Shown: positions 9,504 through 19,607, numbered from the stretch's first letter. The stretch is DNA of 32,000 bases from a cyanobacterium endosymbiont of Braarudosphaera bigelowii (GCF_020885515.1 NZ_AP024987.1:210001-242000); one strand, 5' to 3'. Notes: generated by a model not told the origin, from the letters alone. Program-made: numbers and translations.

Positions 9504-10913
9504 ATGACATCGAAACGAGATAATCCCTTTTTCAGTCTCGAATATCAGACCACTTTAGAAGACTTAGGGAGTGAATACTATGATGAAGTAGATGCAGCTA
9601 AATTTCCACAACACATTCTGAAGTTTCGTAATAATGATTTGTTAAAGCATCTAGGGCTAGCATCACAAGATGTAGATGACATACATTTTATTGAGGCATT
9701 TGGAAAGTTTAAAAAGATACGTCCTTTCCTGGCATTATCTTATCATGGTTATCAATTTGGAGAGTACAATCCTTTCTTAGGTGACGGAAGAGGATTTTTG
9801 TATGGACAAGTTAAGGGGATAAATGGTCAAGTATATGATTTTGGAACGAAAGGATCTGGAAAAACACCTTATTCTCGAGGTGGTGATGGAAAATTGACTC
9901 TCAAAGGAGGAATAAGAGAAGTTCTCGCAGCAGAAATATTGCATAGAATTGGAGTTAAAACATCCCGATGTTTAAGTTTAATTGAAACAGGAGAAAAATT
10001 ATGGAGAGGAGATGAGCCTTCTCCTACTCGCTCTTCGGTAATGGTTAGAATGAGTCGTTCTCATATTCGCTTTGGGACTTTTGAGCGTCTATATCATCTT
10101 AAAAGGCCTGACCTAATAAAGAAATTGTTAGATGTTGTGATTAATGTTTACTATCCAGAAATCGCTTTAGATAGCGATCGCTATGGTCTATTTTACGAAG
10201 AATTAGTAAAGAGAAGTGCCCAGTTAGTTGCGCATTGGATGGCTGCAGGATTCTGTCATGGGGTACTTAACACAGATAATATGTCTATTATTGGCGAAAG
10301 CTTTGATTATGGACCTTATGCATTTATCAACACATATGATCCATGTTTTACATCTGCCTATTTTGATCATGGTCGACGTTATAGTTATGGTAATCAACCT
10401 TTAATGATTCGTACTAACCTAGAAATGTTACAGTTACCATTAATGAGTGTTATATCTCCCAAAGTGTTAGAGACAGGTATAAGTCAGTTTAGTTACCATT
10501 ATGAAAATGCATATCGTAAGGCAATATTTAGTAAATTAGGTCTAACAAAAAACGTTCATCAAGAAAGTGGACTTTTAGAAGCAACAATAGATGTATTACG
10601 GACAAGCCAAATTAATTATCATCAATTTTTTATTTACTTGATTGATAATATAAATAAAAGTTGGTGGAAAGAGCCGTCTAATATATTAGAGAAAATTAAA
10701 TTGCCCGCAGCAAATTGGGTAAACTGGAAAAGGATATATAATAAATCTTTAAATGAATATTCTTCAGATCAGGTCAATAATATTATTAACAATTTAAATC
10801 AGTTTAATATTAAAACTCCTTTGCTTAAGTCCAAGATGGAATCATTATGGGATTCCATAGCTTCTCATGACGATTGGGAACCCTTTTATCAGTTAATAAA
10901 AGATACTAAATAA
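9504..10913 (+). CDS. Divergent SelO/YdiU (UPF0061) family protein, putative protein adenylyltransferase
   Basis: GYQFGEYNPFLGDGRGFLYGQV, GSGKTPYSRGGDGKLTLKGGIREVLAAEILHRIG, and HGVLNTDNMSIIGESFDYGPYAFI match the SelO kinase-like fold. Confidence 0.85.
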   Translation: MTSKRDNPFFSLEYQTTLEDLGSEYYDEVDAAKFPQHILKFRNNDLLKHLGLASQDVDDIHFIEAFGKFKKIRPFLALSYHGYQFGEYNPFLGDGRGFLYGQVKGINGQVYDFGTKGSGKTPYSRGGDGKLTLKGGIREVLAAEILHRIGVKTSRCLSLIETGEKLWRGDEPSPTRSSVMVRMSRSHIRFGTFERLYHLKRPDLIKKLLDVVINVYYPEIALDSDRYGLFYEELVKRSAQLVAHWMAAGFCHGVLNTDNMSIIGESFDYGPYAFINTYDPCFTSAYFDHGRRYSYGNQPLMIRTNLEMLQLPLMSVISPKVLETGISQFSYHYENAYRKAIFSKLGLTKNVHQESGLLEATIDVLRTSQINYHQFFIYLIDNINKSWWKEPSNILEKIKLPAANWVNWKRIYNKSLNEYSSDQVNNIINNLNQFNIKTPLLKSKMESLWDSIASHDDWEPFYQLIKDTK

Positions 10914-10926
10914 CAATAATCAAATA

Positions 10927-10948
10927 AAGCATTTATAATTCAATGCTT
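10927..10948. terminator. Small stem-loop downstream of the SelO-family gene
   Basis: AAGCATT (10927-10933) / AATGCTT (10942-10948), 7 bp, 14 bp after the stop codon. Confidence 0.3.
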
Positions 10949-11082
10949 GATATCTATCAATATATGTAGTGTAACAACAGATATTGACTGTTTAAATTTA
11001 GAGGACATTAATGATAATTAAAATTGATAATATGACTTATGAGATTTAGAATATAATTCACCAGATGTTTATATAAAAATTC

Positions 11083-12204
11083 GTGATTAATTCTAGTATT
11101 TCTCAAAATCTACTAAAAACGCCTATATACGACTTTATTATTGAAGAAAAAGCCAAAATGATAAATTTTTTTGGTTGGCATATGCCTATTCAATTCGATG
11201 GCATTCAAGTAGAACATAATGCTGTTAGAAATAATGTTGGCATATTTGATATTTCTCATATGGGTAAGCTTTTAATAGAAGGAGATGAGCTGGTTTCTTT
11301 ACTACAATTTCTCGTCCCATCAGATATTAAGCGATTAACTTCCGGAAAAGCACAATATACAACATTTTTAAATCACAATGGCGGAATAATAGACGATATT
11401 ATTATTTATTATCAAAACTCCAAAAAAGTCATAATCATAACTAATTCATCTACAAAAGATAAAGATATAGAATGGATTAAATCACATACTATGTCTACTC
11501 CGATTAAAGTGACAGATTTATCTGAAGAAAAAGTTTTATTGGCAATTCAAGGGCCGCAAGCTTTAAAAAAGTTACAGCTATTTGCTGATAGTGACATAGC
11601 AAAATTATCTTTTTTTGGACATATAGAAACTAAAATACTAGGATATCCTGCTTTTGTCTCTCGTACAGGATATACCGGTGAAGATGGTTTTGAAATAATG
11701 GTTTCCAATGAAGTAGGAAGAAAATTATGGAAAGTATTTACTAATGAAAAAGTTATACCTTGTGGACTGGGAGCTAGGGATACTTTGCGTCTAGAGGCAT
11801 CTATGTGTTTGTATGGTCAAGACATTAATGATAGTACTACTCCTTTAGAAGCTGGTTTAAATAATTTTGTACATTTAGATAGTAAAGATAATTTCATTGG
11901 ACGAGAAGTATTAGAACAACAAACTAGGGAAGGAGTTAGTAAATTATTGGTAGTATTAGAAATGGAAGGAAAACAAATTGCTCGGCGTGGATATAATATT
12001 TTTTCGAATGGTAAATGTATAAGTACGATAACTAGCGGGACATTTATTCCGACAACAAAGAAGGCTTTATCATTTGCCTATCTTCCTATCCATTTGAGTC
12101 AAGCAGGAACAGTAATTGATGTAGAAATAAGAAAAAAACTATATCCAGCAAAAGTTATAAAAAAAACATTTTATAAATCTAGAAAGAAAAAAAATAAGAC
12201 ATAA
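11083..12204 (+). CDS. gcvT: Aminomethyltransferase, glycine cleavage system T protein
   Basis: GTG start. FFGWHMPIQFDGIQVEHNAVRNNVGIFDISHMGK, SRTGYTGEDGFEIMV, and CGLGARDTLRLEASMCLYGQDI. Confidence 0.95.
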   Translation: MINSSISQNLLKTPIYDFIIEEKAKMINFFGWHMPIQFDGIQVEHNAVRNNVGIFDISHMGKLLIEGDELVSLLQFLVPSDIKRLTSGKAQYTTFLNHNGGIIDDIIIYYQNSKKVIIITNSSTKDKDIEWIKSHTMSTPIKVTDLSEEKVLLAIQGPQALKKLQLFADSDIAKLSFFGHIETKILGYPAFVSRTGYTGEDGFEIMVSNEVGRKLWKVFTNEKVIPCGLGARDTLRLEASMCLYGQDINDSTTPLEAGLNNFVHLDSKDNFIGREVLEQQTREGVSKLLVVLEMEGKQIARRGYNIFSNGKCISTITSGTFIPTTKKALSFAYLPIHLSQAGTVIDVEIRKKLYPAKVIKKTFYKSRKKKNKT

Positions 12205-12267
12205 CATATTATTTATCAAAATTATTTAATAGTTAAAGCTGACACTCATGTCATTAATTTACCATTT

Positions 12268-13659
12268 ATGAAAAATTCTTATTTGCTCTGGCTAATTATT
12301 AGTATAAGTTTCTTTATCTTATTTGGATGTTCTAGCCTAAGACATTCACTTTATCAGTCTAATGCTTTGGATCTAGGTTGGTTTGATCAAACTTTTTATT
12401 TGATTAGTCAAGGAATTGAGCCTATTGTATCTTTTTCTGATAATCATATTTTAGGAGATCATGCGGCAATCATTTTATATCCTTTATCATTATTTTATGT
12501 AGTTTATCCAGATTTACATTGGCTATTAATTATTCAATCATTTGCTTTATCAATTACTATTTTACCTTTGTGGAAACTAGCTAAACAGGCTAATTTATCT
12601 GATAATTCATCTTTAATTGTTGTATTAATATATTTACTTTATCCACTAACTTTTAATGTTAATTTGTTCGATTTTCATACAGAAATTATTGCTTTACCTG
12701 CAATTGTATGGTCAATACTAGCAGCAAAATTAAATTTTAGATTACAATTTATGTTTTCGATTATATTAATTTTAAGCTGTAAGGCAGTGTTGTCATTAAC
12801 AGTAACTGGAATAGGATTTTGGTTATTTTTTAATGAAAGAAAAAGAGAATATGGTATTTTTGCATTATTTACAGGGATAGTATGGTTTATATTAGCTACA
12901 CAATTTATTATTCCTCAATTTAATAATGGTGAAGTCGCTGCTGTAGGAAGATATTCATTTTTAGGAAATTCGGTTTTTAGTATTGTTACTAATTTATTTA
13001 CTAATCCAAAAATCATCTTTGATCATATTTGGAACTTACCAAATTTAGAATATATCTTTTTACTATTTATTCCTATAATTTGGTATTTAAATCTTCATCA
13101 TTTTAATGTTTTAATACCTGCTATTCCTAGCTTACTCTTAAATTTACTAACAGACTATCAGCCACAAAAAGATTTAATTCATCAATATTCTGTTCCCATA
13201 ATACCCTTCCTATTATTGTTAGTTATTACTTCTATGCAATATAAGAAAAAGATAGCTATCTTTACTAGATATACCTTAATTTGGTCATTGTTTAGTTTTC
13301 TTGCATTAGCAAAATATGACTTCTTTATTTCTAAATATACCAAACAAATGGGAAGCTTATCAGCTATGAAAGAAGCTATAGAGCTAATACCCCCGGAGGT
13401 AAAAGTTTTGACATCTCCTCAGTTTGCACCTCATTTAAGCCATCGCTCTATTATAAAATTAGCTATTAATGATCAAAAACCTATTGATATTGATAATTTT
13501 GATAACATATTATTAAATATGCGTTATCCAGGCTGGAGAAACTCTAGATATACGATTGATGACTTAGTAAAAGAACTAAAAAATAATTTGAATTTCAAAC
13601 TAGAATATAGCCATAAAGATGTAGTTTTATTTAAAAATTTAAGCAATTCAAAAATTTAA
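12268..13659 (+). CDS. DUF2079-family predicted membrane protein
   Basis: 463-aa multi-span protein. ALDLGWFDQTFYLISQG, DHWxxxLYPLSLFYVVYPD-like region, and FNVNLFDFHTEIIALP are typical of the family. Confidence 0.7.
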   Translation: MKNSYLLWLIISISFFILFGCSSLRHSLYQSNALDLGWFDQTFYLISQGIEPIVSFSDNHILGDHAAIILYPLSLFYVVYPDLHWLLIIQSFALSITILPLWKLAKQANLSDNSSLIVVLIYLLYPLTFNVNLFDFHTEIIALPAIVWSILAAKLNFRLQFMFSIILILSCKAVLSLTVTGIGFWLFFNERKREYGIFALFTGIVWFILATQFIIPQFNNGEVAAVGRYSFLGNSVFSIVTNLFTNPKIIFDHIWNLPNLEYIFLLFIPIIWYLNLHHFNVLIPAIPSLLLNLLTDYQPQKDLIHQYSVPIIPFLLLLVITSMQYKKKIAIFTRYTLIWSLFSFLALAKYDFFISKYTKQMGSLSAMKEAIELIPPEVKVLTSPQFAPHLSHRSIIKLAINDQKPIDIDNFDNILLNMRYPGWRNSRYTIDDLVKELKNNLNFKLEYSHKDVVLFKNLSNSKI

Positions 13660-13724
13660 TTTATATTAGTAAAATTTATCTATCTCATTGATCATGTTAT
13701 ACTAAGCTGATCTTAATTATAAAG

Positions 13725-14351
13725 ATGATGAAACCTCTATTTATTGTTTTGGAAGGTATTGATAAATCTGGAAAAACTACACAAGCAGAACTTCTCAAAA
13801 ATTATTTAATTGAACATGGAAATTTAGCAGTTATTAGCTCAGAACCTACAAATAGTAGTATAGGAAAATTGATTAGAGAAGGAATGCAAAATCAATTATT
13901 TTCTATTGAAGATAGAATAAAATTTGATGAACAAATGGCTTATTTATTTGCCGCAGATAGACACTATCACTTATATAATGATATTGATGGAGTCTTTAAA
14001 CTAATTCAACAAAATAACTATACTGTAATTTCTACTCGTTACTATTTTTCATCTCTTGCATATAATAGTAATAATCCAGAAGAAATTGATTTTGTCTATC
14101 AATTAAATCAAAAATTTCCCAATCCTGATTTGGTAATCTATATAGATGTTCCACTAGATGTTGCTTTATCGCGTCTTAAAAATTCTACGTTTCAAGAAAT
14201 ATACGAAACTAAAGATAAGTTAGATAAAGTAAGGAAAAATTATCAAACTATCTTTAATAATTATAAAGGTAATCTTTTAAAGATTAATGGCAAAAATTCT
14301 ATCGATAATGTTCATAAAGATATTATTCATAATTTAATAAAACAAGTTTAG
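13725..14351 (+). CDS. tmk: Thymidylate-kinase-like P-loop kinase (atypical DRY motif)
   Basis: FIVLEGIDKSGKTTQAELL P-loop, SEPTNSSIGKLIREG, ISTRYYFSSLAY, and PDLVIYIDVPLDVALSRL. Confidence 0.75.
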   Translation: MMKPLFIVLEGIDKSGKTTQAELLKNYLIEHGNLAVISSEPTNSSIGKLIREGMQNQLFSIEDRIKFDEQMAYLFAADRHYHLYNDIDGVFKLIQQNNYTVISTRYYFSSLAYNSNNPEEIDFVYQLNQKFPNPDLVIYIDVPLDVALSRLKNSTFQEIYETKDKLDKVRKNYQTIFNNYKGNLLKINGKNSIDNVHKDIIHNLIKQV

Positions 14352-14688
14352 TTATTTCCGAACAATCGTTAATAATCACATGTATTAATTACTTAAGTCT
14401 AAAAAATAATATATAAATTACTAAAAAATATTAGCTTATTTTTTATTATTTAAAGTTTTCTTATTAAAGAATAATGTCAAGTATTAATATGTGAGGTTAA
14501 CACATAAGTCTGATAAGTATTAATGTTTATACTGGCTATTAGTTCAAATTTCGGCATAAAAATTATAGTAATCAAATTTTAGTCGTTTAAACCTTTGAGG
14601 TATTTATAAAAATTATTTCTCAAATATTAGTGAAAATGCGTTAAGCTATTTTAAATTTAGTACTATTTTATTAGAAATTTTAAAAATC

Positions 14689-15615
14689 GTGTTTATAAGC
14701 ATTGTTATTCCGACTTATAATCGTAAACCAATTTTAGAAAAATGTCTTTATGCATTAGAACAACAAAAATTTACTGATACTAAAATTAATACTTATGAAA
14801 TAGTTCTCGTGGATGATGGCTCTACAGATGGAACTTTGCAATGGTTAGACGAAAATAGACATGATTTTCCCAATGTCCATTATTTTGCTCAAGATCATCT
14901 CGGCCCTGCATCAGCAAGAAATTTAGGTATAGAAAAAGCAAGGGGAAATATAATAATTTTTATTGATAGTGACCTAGTCGTGACTGAGTCGTTTTTACAA
15001 TCTCATGCGAATGCATTAATAGAAGGCGAAAAAAAATTAGGCAGTGATTGTTTATTCACGTATGGTGCGGTTATTAACACATGTAATTTTGAGAATCCAA
15101 CTTCAGAAACTTATAAAGTGACTGACTTTTCTGCTGCTTTCTTTGCCACTGGCAATGTAGCAATTTCTCGGGTATGGCTAGAAAAAGCAGGATTATTTGA
15201 TACAAATTTTAAACAATATGGATGGGAAGATTTAGAATTAGGCGTAAGATTAAAGAAATTAGGATTACAGTTGATTAAATGTCCTGAAGCGGTTGGATAT
15301 CATTGGCATCCGGCTTTTAATTTAAAACAAGTTCCTAATCTAATCAATCAAGAAATTCAGAGAGGTAAAATGGGAATTTTATTTTATAAAAAGCATCCTA
15401 CTTTTGAAGTTCGTCTCATGATTCAAATGACATGGTTTCATAAGACTTTATGGGGAATGCTATCTTTAGGTGGAATTCTAAACGAAAAAACTCTATCACC
15501 TCTTCTACAGTGGTTAATTAATCATGGAAAACCACAAATAGCACTGGAAATCGCTCGTATTTTCCTTAACTGGTATAATGTAAAAGCTGTATACAAGGCC
15601 TATAAGGATATATAG
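14689..15615 (+). CDS. Family 2 glycosyltransferase
   Basis: GTG start. SIVIPTYNRKPILEKCLYAL, VLVDDGSTDGTLQWL, GPASARNLGIEKARG, and FDTNFKQYGWEDLELGVRLKKLG. Confidence 0.9.
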   Translation: MFISIVIPTYNRKPILEKCLYALEQQKFTDTKINTYEIVLVDDGSTDGTLQWLDENRHDFPNVHYFAQDHLGPASARNLGIEKARGNIIIFIDSDLVVTESFLQSHANALIEGEKKLGSDCLFTYGAVINTCNFENPTSETYKVTDFSAAFFATGNVAISRVWLEKAGLFDTNFKQYGWEDLELGVRLKKLGLQLIKCPEAVGYHWHPAFNLKQVPNLINQEIQRGKMGILFYKKHPTFEVRLMIQMTWFHKTLWGMLSLGGILNEKTLSPLLQWLINHGKPQIALEIARIFLNWYNVKAVYKAYKDI

Positions 15616-15735
15616 TAAAAAAATTTCTTGCTTCTATTATATGAGTAATTTCTACTGATTAGATAACTTACATTAAAAAAATTAAATTAATATTCTAAGA
15701 AACTATAAAGGCTACTAATCTTAACTACTTAATTA

Positions 15736-15817
15736 TTTTTTATAGAACTAGGCCATTAATCATATCTTATGCAAGTTACTTTAACTTAAATTATTAATGG
15801 CTTAGTTCTATAAAAAA
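15736..15817. terminator. Long inverted repeat, likely bidirectional terminator between convergent glycosyltransferase and mutS
   Basis: 25-nt arms with one mismatch: TTTTTTATAGAACTAGGCCATTAAT (15736-15760) / ATTAATGGCTTAGTTCTATAAAAAA (15793-15817). T-rich and A-rich ends suit termination in either direction. Confidence 0.65.
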
Positions 15818-15863
15818 AGACTCATGGCGTAAATATAGGAACTCTTCCTATCAAGAAACTAAA

Positions 15864-18431
15864 TTAATTGTTTTTTTCTAGCTCATTAAGTTTCAATATA
15901 ATTCTACTAGATTGACTGACTTTATCCATAATTTTTTTAGCCCTTATAGTTACAGAGGAAGGTAAACCAGCTAATTTGGCAACTTCAATTCCGTAAGATT
16001 TACTAGCTCCTCCTGGGCGAATTTGATGTAAAAAGATAAGACTATTTGGCTTTTCCTCAACTATAGTTTGAAAATTAGCTATTTTAGGGACTTGAGAAGC
16101 CAATTCGTTTAATTCATGATAATGAGTAGCAAATATAGTTTTTCCTTTAATTTCTTTGCTTAAATATTCTGCTATTGCCCAAGCTATAGAAAGCCCATCA
16201 AAAGTTGATGTTCCCCTACCAACTTCATCTAATAAAATTAATGACTGTTCTGTCGCATGGTTAAGGATGTTGGCAGTCTCATTCATTTCTACCATAAAAG
16301 TTGATTGTCCAGTCGCTAAATCATCTACTGCTCCTACACGTGTAAAAATACGATCAGTAATACCTAATTTTGCAGAGGCTGCTGGAACAAAGCTTCCAGC
16401 TTGTGCTAGTAATTGAATAATTCCTATTTGTCTTAAGTAACAACTCTTTCCACTAGAGTTTGGACCTGTTAAGATAATTAAGTTTGGTTCTTCTAGTATT
16501 TTTTCAGAGCTTTCAAGAGCAACTGAATTAGGTACAAAAGAGCCAAATGGTAGTAACGCTTCAACTACTGGATGTCTACCATCAGTAATTTTCAACGATT
16601 GACTTTGTAAAATTTGAGGTCGGCAATAATCCTTGTTTACGGCAGTGGTTGCAAAACTTAATAAAATATCAATAGCTGCTATAGATTTGGCAATTTGGCA
16701 AATTGTATGGCTTTCTTTGGCTACTTCTGAACGTAGCTTTATAAAAATTTCGTATTCAAGTTTCTCAACGTTTTTTTGTGCACTTAAAATACGTACTTCT
16801 CGCTCTTTTAATTCAGGAGTAATAAAACGTTCTTCGTTAGCTAATGTTTGTTTTCTAATGAAATAATCTGGAACTTGCCCTGATTTACTGAGAGGCAAGC
16901 TTAGATAAAAACCAAAAGATTTACTGTAGCCAACTTTAAGAGTACTAATCCCTGTCTTTTGTTTTTCTCTTAATTCTAAATTAGATAACCATTTATAATC
17001 ATCTTCTATCTGTCTTCTCATACCATCTAAGTCTGTATTAACTCCATCTTTAATAATTCCTCCTTCTTTTAGTTTTATAGGGAGAGACTCTGTTAAATGA
17101 TTATGAATATATATACCTAACTCCTCTAATCTTTTAGGCATATTTTGTAAAGCTTTGAAATAAAAGGACTTACCTCGACTCGCGAATTGTGATATGTCTT
17201 TTAATTTTAATAGTGAATTAGCTAGATAAGATAAATGTCTCGCATTTGCTGTCTCTGAAGTTATTTTGGTACTAATTCTTTCTAGATCATGTATGCTAGC
17301 TAACAATTGCTTAAGATCGTGTCTTAATTCAACGTTTTCTACTAATTCTTCAACGGTATTATGTCTTTCAATAATTGTTTCAATATCTAATAAAGGCTCT
17401 ATTAACCAGCGCTGTAAATTACGAGCACCCATAGCAGTCTTAGGTTTTTGAATAATTGACAATAAAGAACCTTTAAAGGCAGAATCTTTAATAGTTTTCA
17501 TTATTTCTAAATTACGGCGTGTTTGATAATCTATAATGAGAAAATCATTTAAATTATAGTTTTTAGGTAATTGTAATGTGAGCTGTTGACCAATCTGAGT
17601 GTCTTCTATATATTTCAATAATCCTCCTGCAGCACTGACGGCTAAAGGCAAATTATGGCAGCCCATTCCTTCTATAGAGTTAACATTGAAAATACTTAGA
17701 AGTTTTTCTTTTGCGATATCTAAATCAAAAGTTGTTTTTGCTCTTAAGGAATAGCAAAAACAATCTGGTAAAGTATCTATAAATGACAAAGATTTTTCTC
17801 CAGGACGCATTACCTTACCAGAATCTACAATATTTACTGAAACAATAATTTCAGCTGGTTGTAGTCTAAGTAATTCTGAGTTAAGATTAGATAATTCTGT
17901 ATTTTGAGTAGTATAGAATTCCCCTGTAGATACGTCTGCATAAGCAAGACCCCATGAATTGCCTTTTACTATTAATGCTACTAAAAAATTATTATTTTCT
18001 GGTATTAATAATTCATCATCCATCAAAGTTCCTGGAGTTAATAATTTAGTTACACGTCTTTCTACCATCCGTCCTTGAGCAAATGCTTTTGAAGAATCTT
18101 CTACTTGATCACAAATTGCTATAGAATACCCCTTATCTATCAATAGTTTAGCGTAACGATCTAGTGAGTGATGGGGGAAACCTGTTAATGCAATTCTTCC
18201 AACTTTTTTCCCTGCTTCTTTACTAGTTAGAACAGTTCCAGCTTCTTTAGAAACAGTTACAGCATCTTGAAAAAAACATTCAAAAAAATCCCCTACTCTG
18301 TATAGCAGTAGCGCATAAGAATACTCTCTCTTGATATTTACATAATGTTGATACATTGGGGTTAAGTTGTCAAAATTTAGAAGACGATAGTCATTATGGG
18401 GAGATTTAATTTCTGCTCTTGAATTATTCAT
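15864..18431 (-). CDS. mutS: DNA mismatch repair protein MutS
   Basis: TPMYQHYVNIKREYSYALLLYRVGDFFECF, GPNSSGKSCYLRQIG (Walker A), LILLDEVGRGTSTFDGLSIAWA, and IFATHYHEL; 855 aa. Confidence 0.97.
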   Translation of the reverse strand: MNNSRAEIKSPHNDYRLLNFDNLTPMYQHYVNIKREYSYALLLYRVGDFFECFFQDAVTVSKEAGTVLTSKEAGKKVGRIALTGFPHHSLDRYAKLLIDKGYSIAICDQVEDSSKAFAQGRMVERRVTKLLTPGTLMDDELLIPENNNFLVALIVKGNSWGLAYADVSTGEFYTTQNTELSNLNSELLRLQPAEIIVSVNIVDSGKVMRPGEKSLSFIDTLPDCFCYSLRAKTTFDLDIAKEKLLSIFNVNSIEGMGCHNLPLAVSAAGGLLKYIEDTQIGQQLTLQLPKNYNLNDFLIIDYQTRRNLEIMKTIKDSAFKGSLLSIIQKPKTAMGARNLQRWLIEPLLDIETIIERHNTVEELVENVELRHDLKQLLASIHDLERISTKITSETANARHLSYLANSLLKLKDISQFASRGKSFYFKALQNMPKRLEELGIYIHNHLTESLPIKLKEGGIIKDGVNTDLDGMRRQIEDDYKWLSNLELREKQKTGISTLKVGYSKSFGFYLSLPLSKSGQVPDYFIRKQTLANEERFITPELKEREVRILSAQKNVEKLEYEIFIKLRSEVAKESHTICQIAKSIAAIDILLSFATTAVNKDYCRPQILQSQSLKITDGRHPVVEALLPFGSFVPNSVALESSEKILEEPNLIILTGPNSSGKSCYLRQIGIIQLLAQAGSFVPAASAKLGITDRIFTRVGAVDDLATGQSTFMVEMNETANILNHATEQSLILLDEVGRGTSTFDGLSIAWAIAEYLSKEIKGKTIFATHYHELNELASQVPKIANFQTIVEEKPNSLIFLHQIRPGGASKSYGIEVAKLAGLPSSVTIRAKKIMDKVSQSSRIILKLNELEKNN

Positions 18432-18770
18432 AACATGTTTTAATAGACTTTAATAAATTTAGGACGAATTTGCCTAGAGTATACTAACAATAATAGTGTA
18501 CAGGATACATTGCACAAGCTACTATTTTAGCATAAGATTAACTAACTATTAATATGCGCTTGTAAAGTGCAGAACTTTATACATCTTCCTCGTAATCCAA
18601 AAAGAAAGAAGATTGTTTAAATTTTAGTTGTTCTCTCTGCAAAATTTTTAGATATTTGCTATTAGAATGTACTAGTAATAAAATTAGATAAACAATTATA
18701 ATATATTGAGAACTTAAATCTGAAGAATTAGTAATTAAAATATCCTTCAATAAATATAGAGAAAGAAATT

Positions 18771-19508
18771 ATGACAGATGAAAAACAACAAATAGAAATA
18801 AATCAAGAAACTTCTAAAGTAGAAGAAGCATACAACTCTTCTACTAAAGTTGAAACAAATGGACAAGTCGAAACATCTTCATCAACGAATAAAGACTTGA
18901 TGGTCGGTGAAGATGTTGAATTAGTAGATTCTGAAGCAGAGTTAGAAAAAAATTTGGTTTCTGACTTAACTGAAAAAATAAATGATCTAGAAGCTAAGTT
19001 GCAAGAGCATAACCAACAGTATGAAACTCTTAATAACAATCATCTTCGAGTTAATGCAGAATTTGATAATTACCGAAAACGTTCAATAAAAGAAAAAGAA
19101 GATTTAGAAATTAAGGTTAAGTGTAAGACGATTAGTGAATTATTATCTGTTGTAGATAATTTTGAACGTGCTCGTAATTCGATTAACCCAACAAATGATG
19201 GAGAAGCAACAATACATAAAAGTTATCAAGGAGTATACAAAACACTAGTAGATAGTCTTAAACGTTTAGGTGTCGGACCTATGCGCCCTGAAGGAGAAAT
19301 TTTTAATCCTTTGTATCATGAAGCTATGTTACGAGAATATACTAATGAATATCCAGAAGGAACTATTATTCAGGAGTTGATGCGTGGTTATATGCTAGGT
19401 GAACAAGTGTTAAGGCACTCAATGGTGAAAGTTGCCGCACCTCAAACTTCTGACTCTCTAGATCAGAAAGAAAATTTAGTTACAGACAAAAAAGATGTAG
19501 AAAAATAG
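18771..19508 (+). CDS. grpE: Nucleotide exchange factor GrpE
   Basis: [76 protein letters not shown]. Confidence 0.93.
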   Translation: MTDEKQQIEINQETSKVEEAYNSSTKVETNGQVETSSSTNKDLMVGEDVELVDSEAELEKNLVSDLTEKINDLEAKLQEHNQQYETLNNNHLRVNAEFDNYRKRSIKEKEDLEIKVKCKTISELLSVVDNFERARNSINPTNDGEATIHKSYQGVYKTLVDSLKRLGVGPMRPEGEIFNPLYHEAMLREYTNEYPEGTIIQELMRGYMLGEQVLRHSMVKVAAPQTSDSLDQKENLVTDKKDVEK

Positions 19509-19511
19509 GGT

Positions 19512-19577
19512 AGTTAAACTCATTTTATATAGAAACTAAAACATATGTTCTAATTTCTATATAAAATGAGTTTAGCT
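19512..19577. terminator. Long inverted repeat between convergent grpE and the potassium channel gene, likely bidirectional terminator
   Basis: 20-bp perfect arms: AAACTCATTTTATATAGAAA (19516-19535) / TTTCTATATAAAATGAGTTT (19554-19573). Arms extend to 24 nt with one mismatch. Confidence 0.65.
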
Positions 19578-19607
19578 GAAGTAAAATGCTATTTATTGTT
19601 AAAAATT

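Noticed and set aside
12268-15615. DUF2079 - tmk-like - GT2 run considered as a possible novel system
   Set aside because: Same strand but separated by gaps of 65 and 337 bp, with no shared functional logic beyond a possible cell-envelope role; insufficient to claim a system.
16156-17451. Four plus-strand ORFs (16156-16416, 16633-16866, 17266-17451 and similar) inside mutS
   Set aside because: All lie antisense to conserved MutS coding sequence and show no family motifs.
18803-19039. Minus-strand ORF inside grpE
   Set aside because: Shadow ORF caused by GrpE codon composition.
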